Shown here one piece after another: positions 49,140-59,356 of a stretch of DNA of 64,000 bases (position 1 is its first letter; the number at the start of each line of letters is the position of its first letter). Below the pieces are notes generated by a model, which searched no databases, was not told the DNA's origin, and saw only the letters and a program-made list of their open reading frames with translations. Both the position numbers and the translations under genes were made by a program. The stretch is from Candidatus Hydrogenedens sp. (GTDB lineage: Bacteria > Hydrogenedentota > Hydrogenedentia > Hydrogenedentales > Hydrogenedentaceae), in the NCBI GenBank assembly GCA_035361075.1, contig DAOSBX010000013.1, positions 10,160 through 74,159 of the forward strand, given 5' to 3'.

Positions 49140-50141
49140 ATGGCAGATTTAACAACGAATTATCTCGGAATTAAATTGAAAAACCCTCTCGTTGTGTCAC
49201 CGTCTCCTTTGTGTGACAACATTGATAACATAAAACGGATGGAAGACAGAGGTGCCTCCGCAATCGTTTTACATTCATTGTTTGAAGAACAAATTACCTT
49301 ATTAAGCCATGAATTGGATAGTAACCTTTCCTACGGCACTGAGAGTTTTGCCGAAGCCATTACCTATTTCCCCGATGTCGGCGATTTTAGGATGGGTCCC
49401 GATGCCTATTTAGAACATATACAAAAGGCAAAACAAGCTGTTTCCATTCCAATCATGGGTAGCTTAAACGGAGTATCTAAAGGTGGTTGGGTCGAATACG
49501 CCAAAAAAATTCAAGATGCAGGTGCCGATGCCCTTGAACTTAATATTTACTTTATTCCAACGGACCCCAACATGACAAGTGATTACGTCTCCAATATGTA
49601 TGTAGACTTGGTTAAAGAAATTAGAAAAGAAGTTACCATCCCATTAGCAGTAAAAATAGGTCCTTATTTCAGTTCTTTGCCCAATGTTGCCAAAAGGCTT
49701 GCGGAAGCTGGTGCAAACGCTCTGGTCTTCTTTAATCGCTTTTATCAGCCCGATTTCGATCTGGACAATCTGGAAGTAGTACCACATATTAACTTAAGCA
49801 CTTCCAACACTTTATTACTTCGTTTGCGTTGGGTTGCTATCCTGTACGGTAGAATTCCTATTGACTTCGCTATTACTGGCGGTGTTCATACTGCAGAAGA
49901 CGTCATAAAGTCCATGATGGCGGGTGCCAAAGTAGCCATGATGACTTCCGCTCTTCTTAAATATGGCATCCCTCATTTGACAACGGTGCTGAAAAAATTG
50001 GAGCAGTGGTTAAACGAACACGAGTATGACTCCATCGAGATAATGCAGGGGAGCATGAGTCAAAAGTCCGTCACCGAACCTACTGCATTTGAACGAGCAA
50101 ATTATATGCACGCACTTACTCGATATACCGCTGGTAGTTAA
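49140..50141 (+). CDS. Dihydroorotate-dehydrogenase-like TIM-barrel flavoprotein
   Basis: [19 protein letters not shown]-terminus and overall length fit the PyrD-like family. AGGAG RBS 8 nt upstream. 23 nt after PFOR. Confidence 0.6.
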   Translation: MADLTTNYLGIKLKNPLVVSPSPLCDNIDNIKRMEDRGASAIVLHSLFEEQITLLSHELDSNLSYGTESFAEAITYFPDVGDFRMGPDAYLEHIQKAKQAVSIPIMGSLNGVSKGGWVEYAKKIQDAGADALELNIYFIPTDPNMTSDYVSNMYVDLVKEIRKEVTIPLAVKIGPYFSSLPNVAKRLAEAGANALVFFNRFYQPDFDLDNLEVVPHINLSTSNTLLLRLRWVAILYGRIPIDFAITGGVHTAEDVIKSMMAGAKVAMMTSALLKYGIPHLTTVLKKLEQWLNEHEYDSIEIMQGSMSQKSVTEPTAFERANYMHALTRYTAGS

Positions 50142-50196
50142 TTAAGTATAATCTGTTTTAATAGCATTCTTTTAATCGTTAATAATTTGTCATAAA

Positions 50197-52344
50197 ATGG
50201 CTTCTTTAAACCCTGACCAAATAAAGGCTGTTCATGCTGGAGAACCAGCAGTGTTGGTTCTGTCAGGGGCGGGAACTGGAAAAACAAGAGTTATTGTTGA
50301 ACGTATTGTTTGGCTTATTAATGAAAAGGGAGTACCTCCAGAGCGGATTCTTGCAGTTACATTTACAAACAAATCCGCTGGCGAAATGAAAAGAAGAGTA
50401 CTTGCCCGCATTGCTCATACTGAGAGACAACCTTGGGTAGGAACATTCCATTCATTTGGCTTACAATTCCTACGAAAATATGCCTCATATGCAAATCTTA
50501 AAAATAATTTTATCCTTATAGACGATGATGACCAGATTTCACTCTTGAAAAAAATACTAAAATCAGACCCTATCCTGTTAGAACAATTTACCCCTCGTGA
50601 TGCTCAGGTTTGGATTAGTAGGTACAAACAAAATATTGCGGAACCGAAAGACAGTTCAATCACCCCACCCAATTCCCATTTCCTTAAACTTTGGGATATA
50701 TATCACGATACCTTACAGACACAAAACACGGTGGATTTTGATGATTTAATTTCCTTACCTGTAAAAATATTAGAAGAACAGAGTTCTATTCGTGAGAGAA
50801 TACAACATTACTTTTCAGACATATTAGTTGATGAATTTCAAGATACAAATCATGCCCAATTCCGTCTTGTGCAGGCATTAAAAGGGACTGATAATTCCAT
50901 TTTCGTAGTAGGTGATGAAGACCAATGTATTTACTCATGGCGTGGAAGTGATTTGAATAATATACTAAACTTCGCAGAAACTTTTTCTGGAACTGCCATA
51001 TATCGTTTAGAGCAAAACTACCGTAGCACAAAAAACATCCTCTTATTAGCCAATAAATTAGTTGAACATAACGAAAACCGTTTAGGCAAAATACTATGGA
51101 CAAAAAATAATGAGGGCGAAAAAGTCCAATTTTACTGGGCTAAGACAGATGAAGATGAGGCAGAATGGATTGCCAATGATATACAAAAAAATCAATACCC
51201 ACTGGATGAAGTAGCTATCCTATTCCGAACCAATCATCAATCCCGTCCTTTTGAAGAGGTTTTTCGAAGGAGAGGCATTCCTCATATTGTTATTGGTGGC
51301 ATCCGCTTCTACGCACGGAGAGAAATAAAAGACATAGTTGCATACCTCCGATTAATAACCAATGAAGAAGACGATGACGCCCTACGTAGAATTATCAATA
51401 TTCCTCCACGCAATTTAGGTCAGATAAGCCTACAACAAATTGAAGACTACGCAACACAAAGGAAAAAACCACTATTTCAGATGCTTCGTTTTATAGAACA
51501 CGACGAGACATTCTCTACACGAACTCGCAAATCTGTTAAAGAATTTGTAGACCTTATCGATGAAGTCAAACTATTTTCAAAAGATAAATCCGTAGGAGAA
51601 ACTGTTAAATATATAATTGAGAAGTTAGACTATCTGGAATATATAAATAACATTGCAGAAAAAGAAGGGAAAGACCGTGAAAAAAACATACAGGAATTTA
51701 TCGCCATCTGCGAACAAAATTCTACCAAAGAAAAATCGCTCCTTGAATTTCTGCAAGAATTTGCCCTGTTGTCTGATTTAGATACACAACAACCCCAAAG
51801 TAATGCGGTTCTCCTCTTAACCTGTCATAGTGCCAAGGGACTTGAATTTGATTATGTATATGTTACAGGTTTAGAGGAAGGATTATTCCCGTATCTTGAT
51901 GAAGATGACCCGTATGCAGATATAGAAGAAGAACGACGCCTCTGTTATGTGGCTATGACCCGTGCCCGAAAACGACTCGTTCTTTCAGGGTCCGAATCAA
52001 GATTATATTACGGTAGAGTTATTCCCGATAGAGTGATGTCTCGCTTCCTGTTTGAAATGGACCTCCAAAATGTAGAAGTATATGGTATAAAGAAAGATAC
52101 AGAGCCCTACAAAACAACAAATCATTTGCCCGAAGATAAAATGGTAACTACGAAAGAAGAGAAGAAAAAGGAATATCGATTAGGCACAAGAGTGCGTCAC
52201 GCTAAATTTGGATACGGCGTCGTTTTAAATACAGAAGGGAGTGGCGATAAAATGAGAGTACGAGTTCGTTTTGACTCCGGGAAAACAGCTGTTCTCGTTG
52301 TTAGTATGGCACCTATGGAAATTATTGAGAGGAGAAAAAATTGA
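50197..52344 (+). CDS. pcrA: ATP-dependent DNA helicase, UvrD/PcrA/Rep family
   Basis: Walker A GAGTGKT. Helicase motifs (ILVDEFQDTN, VGDEDQCIYSWRG, YRST, LLTCHSAKGLEFDYVYV, VAMTRARKRL). 715 aa. Confidence 0.9.
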   Translation: MASLNPDQIKAVHAGEPAVLVLSGAGTGKTRVIVERIVWLINEKGVPPERILAVTFTNKSAGEMKRRVLARIAHTERQPWVGTFHSFGLQFLRKYASYANLKNNFILIDDDDQISLLKKILKSDPILLEQFTPRDAQVWISRYKQNIAEPKDSSITPPNSHFLKLWDIYHDTLQTQNTVDFDDLISLPVKILEEQSSIRERIQHYFSDILVDEFQDTNHAQFRLVQALKGTDNSIFVVGDEDQCIYSWRGSDLNNILNFAETFSGTAIYRLEQNYRSTKNILLLANKLVEHNENRLGKILWTKNNEGEKVQFYWAKTDEDEAEWIANDIQKNQYPLDEVAILFRTNHQSRPFEEVFRRRGIPHIVIGGIRFYARREIKDIVAYLRLITNEEDDDALRRIINIPPRNLGQISLQQIEDYATQRKKPLFQMLRFIEHDETFSTRTRKSVKEFVDLIDEVKLFSKDKSVGETVKYIIEKLDYLEYINNIAEKEGKDREKNIQEFIAICEQNSTKEKSLLEFLQEFALLSDLDTQQPQSNAVLLLTCHSAKGLEFDYVYVTGLEEGLFPYLDEDDPYADIEEERRLCYVAMTRARKRLVLSGSESRLYYGRVIPDRVMSRFLFEMDLQNVEVYGIKKDTEPYKTTNHLPEDKMVTTKEEKKKEYRLGTRVRHAKFGYGVVLNTEGSGDKMRVRVRFDSGKTAVLVVSMAPMEIIERRKN

Positions 52345-53417
52345 ATATCGATGAATTAAGAAAAAAAATTGATGAAATCGACCAAAAAATTATCGCTCTT
52401 CTTAATGAGAGAGCAACGTTTGCTCAAGAGATTGGTCGAATCAAAAACACTTCACAAGCACCTATCTATGTGCCTGAACGTGAAAAAGCAGTTATAGAAA
52501 AGTTAATACAATGTAATCATGGTCCCTTAGACGAACGGGCTATTCGTTCCATCTACCGCGAAATTATGAGTGCTATCCGTTCACTCGAAAAACCAACCAG
52601 TGTCGCTTTCTTAGGACCCCGCGATACCTTTAGCCACATGGCAGCACTACGTGTGTTTGGCACCTCTGCCGAATATCACCCCCTACCCTCATTTGCCGAT
52701 GTCTTCACAGAAGTAGAGCGACGACGCATTGACTATGGTGTTGTGCCTATCGAAAGTTCAACAGGTGGGTCGGTAAGCGATACCCTTGACCTTTTTATCC
52801 AATCCGAACTTAAAATCATTAATGAAGTACTACTCCGTATCTCACAAAATCTTCTTGCCAATTGCCCATTAGACCAGATACGTCGTGTGTATTCCAAAGA
52901 TAATGCCTTACTCCAATGTAGGAACTGGCTTAGGGCTAACCTGCCAGGGGTGGAACTTATCGAAGTTTCAAGTACCGCGGAAGCAGCAAGACGAGCCGCT
53001 CAAGAACCAAATACCGCAGCTATTGCCAGTAAATTAGCATCACAAACCTACAATCTTGAAATCGTCGCAGAACGGATTGAAGATATACCCCACAACTACA
53101 CACGATTTGTTGTTCTCGGACACCAGATTGTCGAACCCACTGGCGACGATAAAACATCATTGCTTTTATCTGTGAAAGACAAACCTGGTGCTCTTTACAA
53201 TTTGTTAGTACCATTTGCAGAAGTAGGCATTAACTTAACCCGTATCGAATCACGACCTTCCAGAGAAAAACCATGGGAATATGTGTTCTTTATCGATTTT
53301 CTCGGACACATCAAAGATGAAAAAGTCCAACATGTAATTGAAGATGTCAGCGACAGAGCAAGAAACCTAAAAATTTTAGGTTCCTTCCCTCGTGCCACCC
53401 TCGAACTTGAAACATAA
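52341..53417 (+). CDS. pheA: Bifunctional chorismate mutase / prephenate dehydratase
   Basis: N-terminal CM helix (LRKKIDEIDQKIIALLNERA), PDT domain (VAFLGPRDTFSH...TRFVVLG), C-terminal ACT (ESRPS). TTG start overlaps the helicase stop by 4 nt. Confidence 0.85.
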   Translation: MNIDELRKKIDEIDQKIIALLNERATFAQEIGRIKNTSQAPIYVPEREKAVIEKLIQCNHGPLDERAIRSIYREIMSAIRSLEKPTSVAFLGPRDTFSHMAALRVFGTSAEYHPLPSFADVFTEVERRRIDYGVVPIESSTGGSVSDTLDLFIQSELKIINEVLLRISQNLLANCPLDQIRRVYSKDNALLQCRNWLRANLPGVELIEVSSTAEAARRAAQEPNTAAIASKLASQTYNLEIVAERIEDIPHNYTRFVVLGHQIVEPTGDDKTSLLLSVKDKPGALYNLLVPFAEVGINLTRIESRPSREKPWEYVFFIDFLGHIKDEKVQHVIEDVSDRARNLKILGSFPRATLELET

Positions 53418-53469
53418 AGCCACTTCAATAACCCATATTTTTATTTCATAATAAACAGAAGGGTTTAAA

Positions 53470-54165
53470 TTACTTTCCATTCAGATAAGGAAGCGGGTCG
53501 TTACGTCCTATAGCCTCAAATGCTTTTAATCGCTCAATACAGGTAGGACAAGTTCCACATGCGTTCTCTTCCCCACGATAACAACTCCATGTATGCGAGT
53601 AATCAACCCCTAAAGAGAATCCTATCTGAAGTATCTCCTTTTTGGAAAAGGAAATAAAAGGTGCATTAACTCTTATCTTATGTTTCCTATTCAAAGAAAG
53701 TACCGCATTTATATTGGTTACAAAAGGTTCTGTGCAGTCCCAATAACCATACTCATCATGTGCTTGTGCAGAATAATATACATCCTGAATATGAAGAGTT
53801 TCTGCCCAAGCCGAAGCAATAGATAAAAATATCATGTTGCGATTGGGAACATACGTACTCGGTTGAACTTTATCTTCCTCTCGTATCTCATCCAATCGAG
53901 GAACATCACCTCCACCAGTAATAAGTGTTGAGCTTCCTTGTAAAAGCACAGACAAGAAACTCAAATCAACAACAAAATGTCCCTTCATCTCTAACACATT
54001 CATCTGCCATTCTGCACATCGAATTTCTTTTAAATGTTTCTGTCCATACAAAAAACTTATTGCATATACCTGTCGATACTTCTCTCTCTTTACTAAATAG
54101 TGAAGAAGAGTAACAGAGTCAAGACCTCCACTCAACAATAATATACACGAATCTTTCAACATCAT
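53470..54165 (-). CDS. queC: 7-cyano-7-deazaguanine synthase
   Basis: PP-loop SGGLDS, YGQKH, PSTYVPNRNMIFLSIA, C-terminal zinc ribbon CGTCPTC. 231 aa. Confidence 0.8.
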   Translation of the reverse strand: MMLKDSCILLLSGGLDSVTLLHYLVKREKYRQVYAISFLYGQKHLKEIRCAEWQMNVLEMKGHFVVDLSFLSVLLQGSSTLITGGGDVPRLDEIREEDKVQPSTYVPNRNMIFLSIASAWAETLHIQDVYYSAQAHDEYGYWDCTEPFVTNINAVLSLNRKHKIRVNAPFISFSKKEILQIGFSLGVDYSHTWSCYRGEENACGTCPTCIERLKAFEAIGRNDPLPYLNGK

Positions 54166-54325
54166 AACACCATTCCTTCATTGAATATCATAAACACAAT
54201 GTCCCTATGTAAAAATAATATATATATTTATATTATAAAACGAAAGACCCAAAAGAATATGAATAAAACACAAGGAACGTATCTTATTACGTAGGTAATA
54301 ATTGTGCACAGCCCACATTCCACCT

Positions 54326-55249
54326 CTATTCTAAAGTCTGAATATTCTTATCTGATTTAGTAAATAAAACTAAAATACAACCGACAAGCAAAATCGCCGT
54401 GCCTATCCATTGGATTGAGTTCAACCCTTCATTCTTCCATAAAAGCAGAGCAAAAAAATGTGTTATCAACGGATTTAACGTAAGCAAGGTATTACAAAAA
54501 GCAGAACCTAAGTGCCATTGGGCGTAATGAAATGACGAATGGGCTATAGCAATTGGAAGTAACCCTGAAAATAATGCTATTCCGTACGTGGTGTAAGAAG
54601 CGTGAAACGCTTTCCCCATATCTCCAAAAAAGTAGCCCAGGGTCAGCAACCCTATCGTAGTGTAAATTGATATAACCCCAAACATTGGGATTGGATGCAA
54701 CGTCCGTTCTACTGTATATTTTCCATATACACAATAGACACCCCATAACAATGCAGATAGAAACAGAGCACCAACAGCATAATAAAGATAAGGAAATTCT
54801 TCCTTGCCTGACGGTTGATAGATAAGTAATATTGACCCCAAAATGCCAAACAACGAACCAATAATAAATTGAGGATGTTTAATAAGGGACCGTTCTTCCG
54901 AAAATACAACAAACGAAAACAAAGCAACAATCGGAATTTGTATCTTAACTAAAATTTGCCCAAGACTTGCAGTAGAATAATAGATACCGATTGTCCATGC
55001 TGACTGCATAATCACATTAGTTGCTGACAGAACGATAGTCGGTATAGGATTAGCAAACGCTTTGAGCAATGCATCTCGGTAAAACGCAAAACAATAAGGA
55101 ACAAGAAACAGAACCGCCCCAAAATAACGAATCCCCGCCTGAGTAAATGGGTCATAAGCGTCCTGTAAATAGCGAATAAAAATAGGAGAAAAAGACCAAC
55201 CCAATATCGCTAAGGAAAGGGCTATACCTGCCTTATGTTTCGCTAACAT
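54326..55249 (-). CDS. EamA/DMT-superfamily transporter
   Basis: 10-TM duplicated EamA architecture. 307 aa. Confidence 0.65.
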   Translation of the reverse strand: MLAKHKAGIALSLAILGWSFSPIFIRYLQDAYDPFTQAGIRYFGAVLFLVPYCFAFYRDALLKAFANPIPTIVLSATNVIMQSAWTIGIYYSTASLGQILVKIQIPIVALFSFVVFSEERSLIKHPQFIIGSLFGILGSILLIYQPSGKEEFPYLYYAVGALFLSALLWGVYCVYGKYTVERTLHPIPMFGVISIYTTIGLLTLGYFFGDMGKAFHASYTTYGIALFSGLLPIAIAHSSFHYAQWHLGSAFCNTLLTLNPLITHFFALLLWKNEGLNSIQWIGTAILLVGCILVLFTKSDKNIQTLE

Positions 55250-55325
55250 AAAATACCTGTAATTAAATATTAAATTTTAGAAATACCCCATCTTTAAGTT
55301 CATTACGATAGTTGTCGGATATTTC

Positions 55326-56411
55326 TTATAAAGAAGCTACATTATTTGCAATGGCATCACCAATCTTCGTTGTAGACCAACCAGAATCGTTTATTTCCTT
55401 TGCAGATAAACCAGGTAATACTTTCGACTCAAAAAATTTAACAACTGCTTGCTCAAGAATCTCCGCACCTTTACTCTCACCAATGTGGTCTAACAACATT
55501 TGACCTGCCAAAATACAAGCGATCGGATTGATGATATTCATCCCCGTATATTTCGGAGCACTTCCACCTATTGGCTCAAACATAGATACACCCTCAGGAT
55601 TGATATTTCCACCAGCCGCAACACCCATACCACCCTGTATCATAGCTCCTAAATCAGTGATAATATCTCCAAACATATTATCTGTAACAATAACATCAAA
55701 CCATTCTGGATTTTTAACCATCCACATTGTTGTCGCATCCACATGCGCATAATCCCTCTTAATGTCAGGATATTCTTTCTCACCCATTTCATGAAAGGCA
55801 CGTTCCCATAAGTCAAACACAAACGTTAATACATTGGTTTTCCCAACCAACGTCAATTTCTTATCTTTATTCCGTTTACGGGTTAACTCATACGCATATC
55901 TTAAACAACGGTCTACTTCAAAACGAGTATAAACCATCTCTTGGATTGCTACCTCATTAGGTGTCCCCTTCTTTTGAATACCACCGCAACCTGTATAAAG
56001 CCCACCTGAATTCTCACGAACTACCACAAAATCAATCTCTTTCGGGCCCTTATCCTTGATAGGTGTATATACATTAGGATATAACTTTACAGGGCGAAGG
56101 TTAATATATTGATCCAACTCAAAACGCAACCGAAGTAAAATGCCTTTTTCTAAGATGCCCGGCTTGACATCCGGATGGCCAATAGCACCTAAATAAATTG
56201 CATCATATTTCTTTAACTCATCTACCGCTGAATCAGGAAGTACTTCACCCGTCTTCAAATATCTATCACCACCAAAATCATATTCGACCGTATCTATTGT
56301 AAACCCTAACTTTTGAGCCACTGCATTCAAAACTTTTACACCTTCTCTTAATACTTCTGGACCAGTACCATCACCCGGTAACAATGCAATCCGATACTTT
56401 GCCATATACAA
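55326..56411 (-). CDS. leuB: 3-isopropylmalate/isocitrate/tartrate dehydrogenase-family enzyme
   Basis: [15 protein letters not shown]-terminus, [20 protein letters not shown]. Subfamily (LeuB versus tartrate/isocitrate DH) not resolvable by eye. Confidence 0.75.
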   Translation of the reverse strand: MYMAKYRIALLPGDGTGPEVLREGVKVLNAVAQKLGFTIDTVEYDFGGDRYLKTGEVLPDSAVDELKKYDAIYLGAIGHPDVKPGILEKGILLRLRFELDQYINLRPVKLYPNVYTPIKDKGPKEIDFVVVRENSGGLYTGCGGIQKKGTPNEVAIQEMVYTRFEVDRCLRYAYELTRKRNKDKKLTLVGKTNVLTFVFDLWERAFHEMGEKEYPDIKRDYAHVDATTMWMVKNPEWFDVIVTDNMFGDIITDLGAMIQGGMGVAAGGNINPEGVSMFEPIGGSAPKYTGMNIINPIACILAGQMLLDHIGESKGAEILEQAVVKFFESKVLPGLSAKEINDSGWSTTKIGDAIANNVASL

Positions 56412-56765
56412 ATCTCCTGTTAATAAAATTTTGGAAATTAACGAAACACTATAAAGTCAAGAAACACGCTTTTTATAAGAGATGTATTTTAACATAAATA
56501 CTTATGTTAATTCACTTTCTTGTCCAGAAAATAAACAATTTCCAATTAGTTAGACAGTATTTGCTCAGAAAGACAAAATAAAAATCATTTCTTATTAAAA
56601 TTGTAATATATGTGGCTAAACAAATAGTTCCCTCTCAAATCAAATATTTAATGTGTCTATACTTACTTGCTTGTATGGATTTTTAGTATGTAAAAATGAT
56701 ATGCTTTTTAGATATTTAGAGGTTGGTTTGAAAACAAATTAAATAGAATCATAAGGAGTAAAACT

Positions 56766-58079
56766 ATGGCAAAATTAGCAATTTTTGGTGGTAAACCCGT
56801 CCGTTCGAAAAATCAGAAGTTAGCAACATGGCCTATCAGTGATAAAAAAGATGCAGAACTGCTCAAGAAAATAACATTGTCAAATCGCTGGTCTTTCGAT
56901 GGTGAGTATGAATGGAAATTTGCTGAAGCATTCACCAAATATCAAGGAGCAAACTATGGACTTTGCTGTGCCAATGGAACTGTGGGCATTCAATTGGCTC
57001 TCGAAGCTTTAGATATCGGTGCGTATGATGAAGTGATCGTTCCAGGAATGACATGGCAAGCAACAGCCGCCGCATGTTTAGATGTAAATGCAATTCCTGT
57101 GTTAACAGATATCGAACCCGATTCATGGAATTTGGACTTAGATGCCGTTGAAGCAAATATCACACCAAAAACAAAAGCGATTATTGTTGTTCATCTTTAC
57201 GGTTCAACAACAGATTTAGACCGTTTACAAAAAATATGTAAAAAACATAATGTGTTCCTGATAGAAGATTGTGCCCATCAACATGGAACATTCTGGAAGG
57301 GAAAAGGTGTCGGCTCAATCGGCGATGTAAGCTCCTGGAGTTTTCAGGAATCAAAAGTATTATCCTGTGGTGAAGGTGGTTTTAATATGTGCAAAACCAA
57401 AGACCTGTTCTATAAGATATACAGTTTAAGAAATTGTGGTAGACCCTATCCTGCATCCCCTGCCGTTTTTGGACTAAAAAAACCCGTAGGTATGGATAAA
57501 ACCTTACAATCAGGCAATTTCCGTCTGACAGAATGGCAAGCAGCAATACTATTAGGTGGACTCTCCCGTCTGGACAAACAAGTAAAATTCCGCGATGCAA
57601 ATGCCATCTACTTAAATTCGCTTTTGGCAAAAATTCCAGGGATAAAACCGATGATACGAAGACCACAAATCACTCAGCAAAGTTATTTCAATTTTGCGTT
57701 TCGGATAGACCCAGATGAATTAAAAGTTACAAATGCTCAGTTCTGCACCGCATTAAATGCCGAGTTAAGCGTTGGCGATGCGTTTGAACCACCATATGAA
57801 CCATTAAATGCATGCGGGCTATATAAACCTCTTACGAAAAAACGGTATCGCCTCAATGATGAGTACTGGAAGGCAATAGACCCGAAACGGTTTAATTTAC
57901 CCGTTTGTACCGAAGCCCATACCCGTAGTGGAATTGTCGTGCATCATGTTATGCTTATGAATCCACGCTCTGTAATGGATCAGGTAGCGGAGGCGGTTAA
58001 GAAGGTCGTTGATAATATCTCCGAAGTACGCAAAATTAAAGCTGGCGGTGGAAGAAAATATAGACCATTGGCAGTATAA
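56766..58079 (+). CDS. DegT/DnrJ/EryC1/StrS-family PLP-dependent sugar aminotransferase/dehydratase
   Basis: Fold-type I motifs including SFQESKVLSCGEGG (Lys-containing PLP site). 437 aa. Confidence 0.75.
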   Translation: MAKLAIFGGKPVRSKNQKLATWPISDKKDAELLKKITLSNRWSFDGEYEWKFAEAFTKYQGANYGLCCANGTVGIQLALEALDIGAYDEVIVPGMTWQATAAACLDVNAIPVLTDIEPDSWNLDLDAVEANITPKTKAIIVVHLYGSTTDLDRLQKICKKHNVFLIEDCAHQHGTFWKGKGVGSIGDVSSWSFQESKVLSCGEGGFNMCKTKDLFYKIYSLRNCGRPYPASPAVFGLKKPVGMDKTLQSGNFRLTEWQAAILLGGLSRLDKQVKFRDANAIYLNSLLAKIPGIKPMIRRPQITQQSYFNFAFRIDPDELKVTNAQFCTALNAELSVGDAFEPPYEPLNACGLYKPLTKKRYRLNDEYWKAIDPKRFNLPVCTEAHTRSGIVVHHVMLMNPRSVMDQVAEAVKKVVDNISEVRKIKAGGGRKYRPLAV

Positions 58080-58121
58080 GCAGTTGGAAATATTAAGAGA
58101 TAAATTTACGTTACATACTTA

Positions 58122-59093
58122 ATGTTTGATATAAGGGAGCTCTTTTATATGGAGAATGTTGTTATTTTAGGTGCGGGTCCTGCTGGATGTACCGCAGCAC
58201 TCTATACAGCCCGTGCAGATTTAACCCCGCTTGTACTGGAAGGTGAACCAAGTGGAGATATTCTCCCTGGTGGTCAATTAATGACTACGACCGAGGTTGA
58301 AAATTTCCCTGGCTATCCTGAGGGTGTATCAGGCCAACAACTAATGGCGGACCTGAAAAGACAAGCGGAACGATTCGGTGCAAGATTCGAATACAAGACA
58401 GCAACCGCTGTTGATCTGAGTAAACATCCCTTTGTAGTGTTTGTTGGCAATGAAATAATTGAAACAAAATCAATTATTATTGCCACAGGTGCAAGTGCTA
58501 AATATTTAGGATTACCTGCTGAACAAAAATATTTAAATCGTGGTGTGTCTGCATGTGCTACCTGTGATGGAGCACTACCAAGATTCCGCAATAAACCAGT
58601 AGTCGTTGTAGGAGGTGGAGATAGTGCCATGGAAGAAGCCTTGTTTCTATCGCGATTTGCAGAACGCGTTCATATAATCCATCGCAGAGATAAATTCCGT
58701 GCAAGTAAAATCATGGCAGACCGTGTCCTTGCTCATCCAAAAATCGTTGTAGAATGGAACTCTGTTGTTGAAGATATTTTAGGAAATGACAAGGATGGCG
58801 TTACGAGTGTCCTCATAAAAGATGTTAAAACTGGCGAAGTGCGAGAAATTCAATGTTCTGGTTATTTCTGTGCTATCGGACACAAACCCAACACAGACCT
58901 ATTCAAAGGTAGTTTAGAATTAGATGAACAAGGATATATCATCACGAAACCCAACAGAACAGCCACTAACGTCGAAGGTGTTTTCGCTTGTGGTGATGTT
59001 CAGGACTCTTATTATCGACAGGCAATTACAGCCGCAGGTAGCGGTTGTATGGCAGGTATCGAGGCAACTCGTTGGCTTGAATCCCAAGAATAA
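58122..59093 (+). CDS. trxB: Thioredoxin-disulfide reductase
   Basis: FAD motif ILGAGPAG, redox-active CATCDG, NADPH motif VVGGGDSAMEEA. Confidence 0.9.
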   Translation: MFDIRELFYMENVVILGAGPAGCTAALYTARADLTPLVLEGEPSGDILPGGQLMTTTEVENFPGYPEGVSGQQLMADLKRQAERFGARFEYKTATAVDLSKHPFVVFVGNEIIETKSIIIATGASAKYLGLPAEQKYLNRGVSACATCDGALPRFRNKPVVVVGGGDSAMEEALFLSRFAERVHIIHRRDKFRASKIMADRVLAHPKIVVEWNSVVEDILGNDKDGVTSVLIKDVKTGEVREIQCSGYFCAIGHKPNTDLFKGSLELDEQGYIITKPNRTATNVEGVFACGDVQDSYYRQAITAAGSGCMAGIEATRWLESQE

Positions 59094-59282
59094 CTATTGC
59101 CCGCTCGTACTAAAAAGACCCATCACCCGAAAGATAGACTCAATAATGTTTATGATTTGCAAGATAACATCTAAAGCCAATAATAGTTCCATACGTAACG
59201 CTCCTTCTTTATAATTTTCTCTTATTATTATACCTTAAAAAAGTAAAAATATTACAAATATTTTTATATATTTATCAATATT

Positions 59283-59320
59283 TTGCAGGGACCTAAAACT
59301 TTAGGTCCCTGCAATTTTTG
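59283..59320. terminator. Bidirectional rho-independent terminator between trxB and the convergent surface-protein gene
   Basis: 15-bp perfect inverted repeat TTGCAGGGACCTAAA / TTTAGGTCCCTGCAA with a 2-nt loop, followed by TTTTTG. Confidence 0.6.
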
Positions 59321-59356
59321 ATATTACACAACTTTATTTAACAAAAGTTGTTAGAT

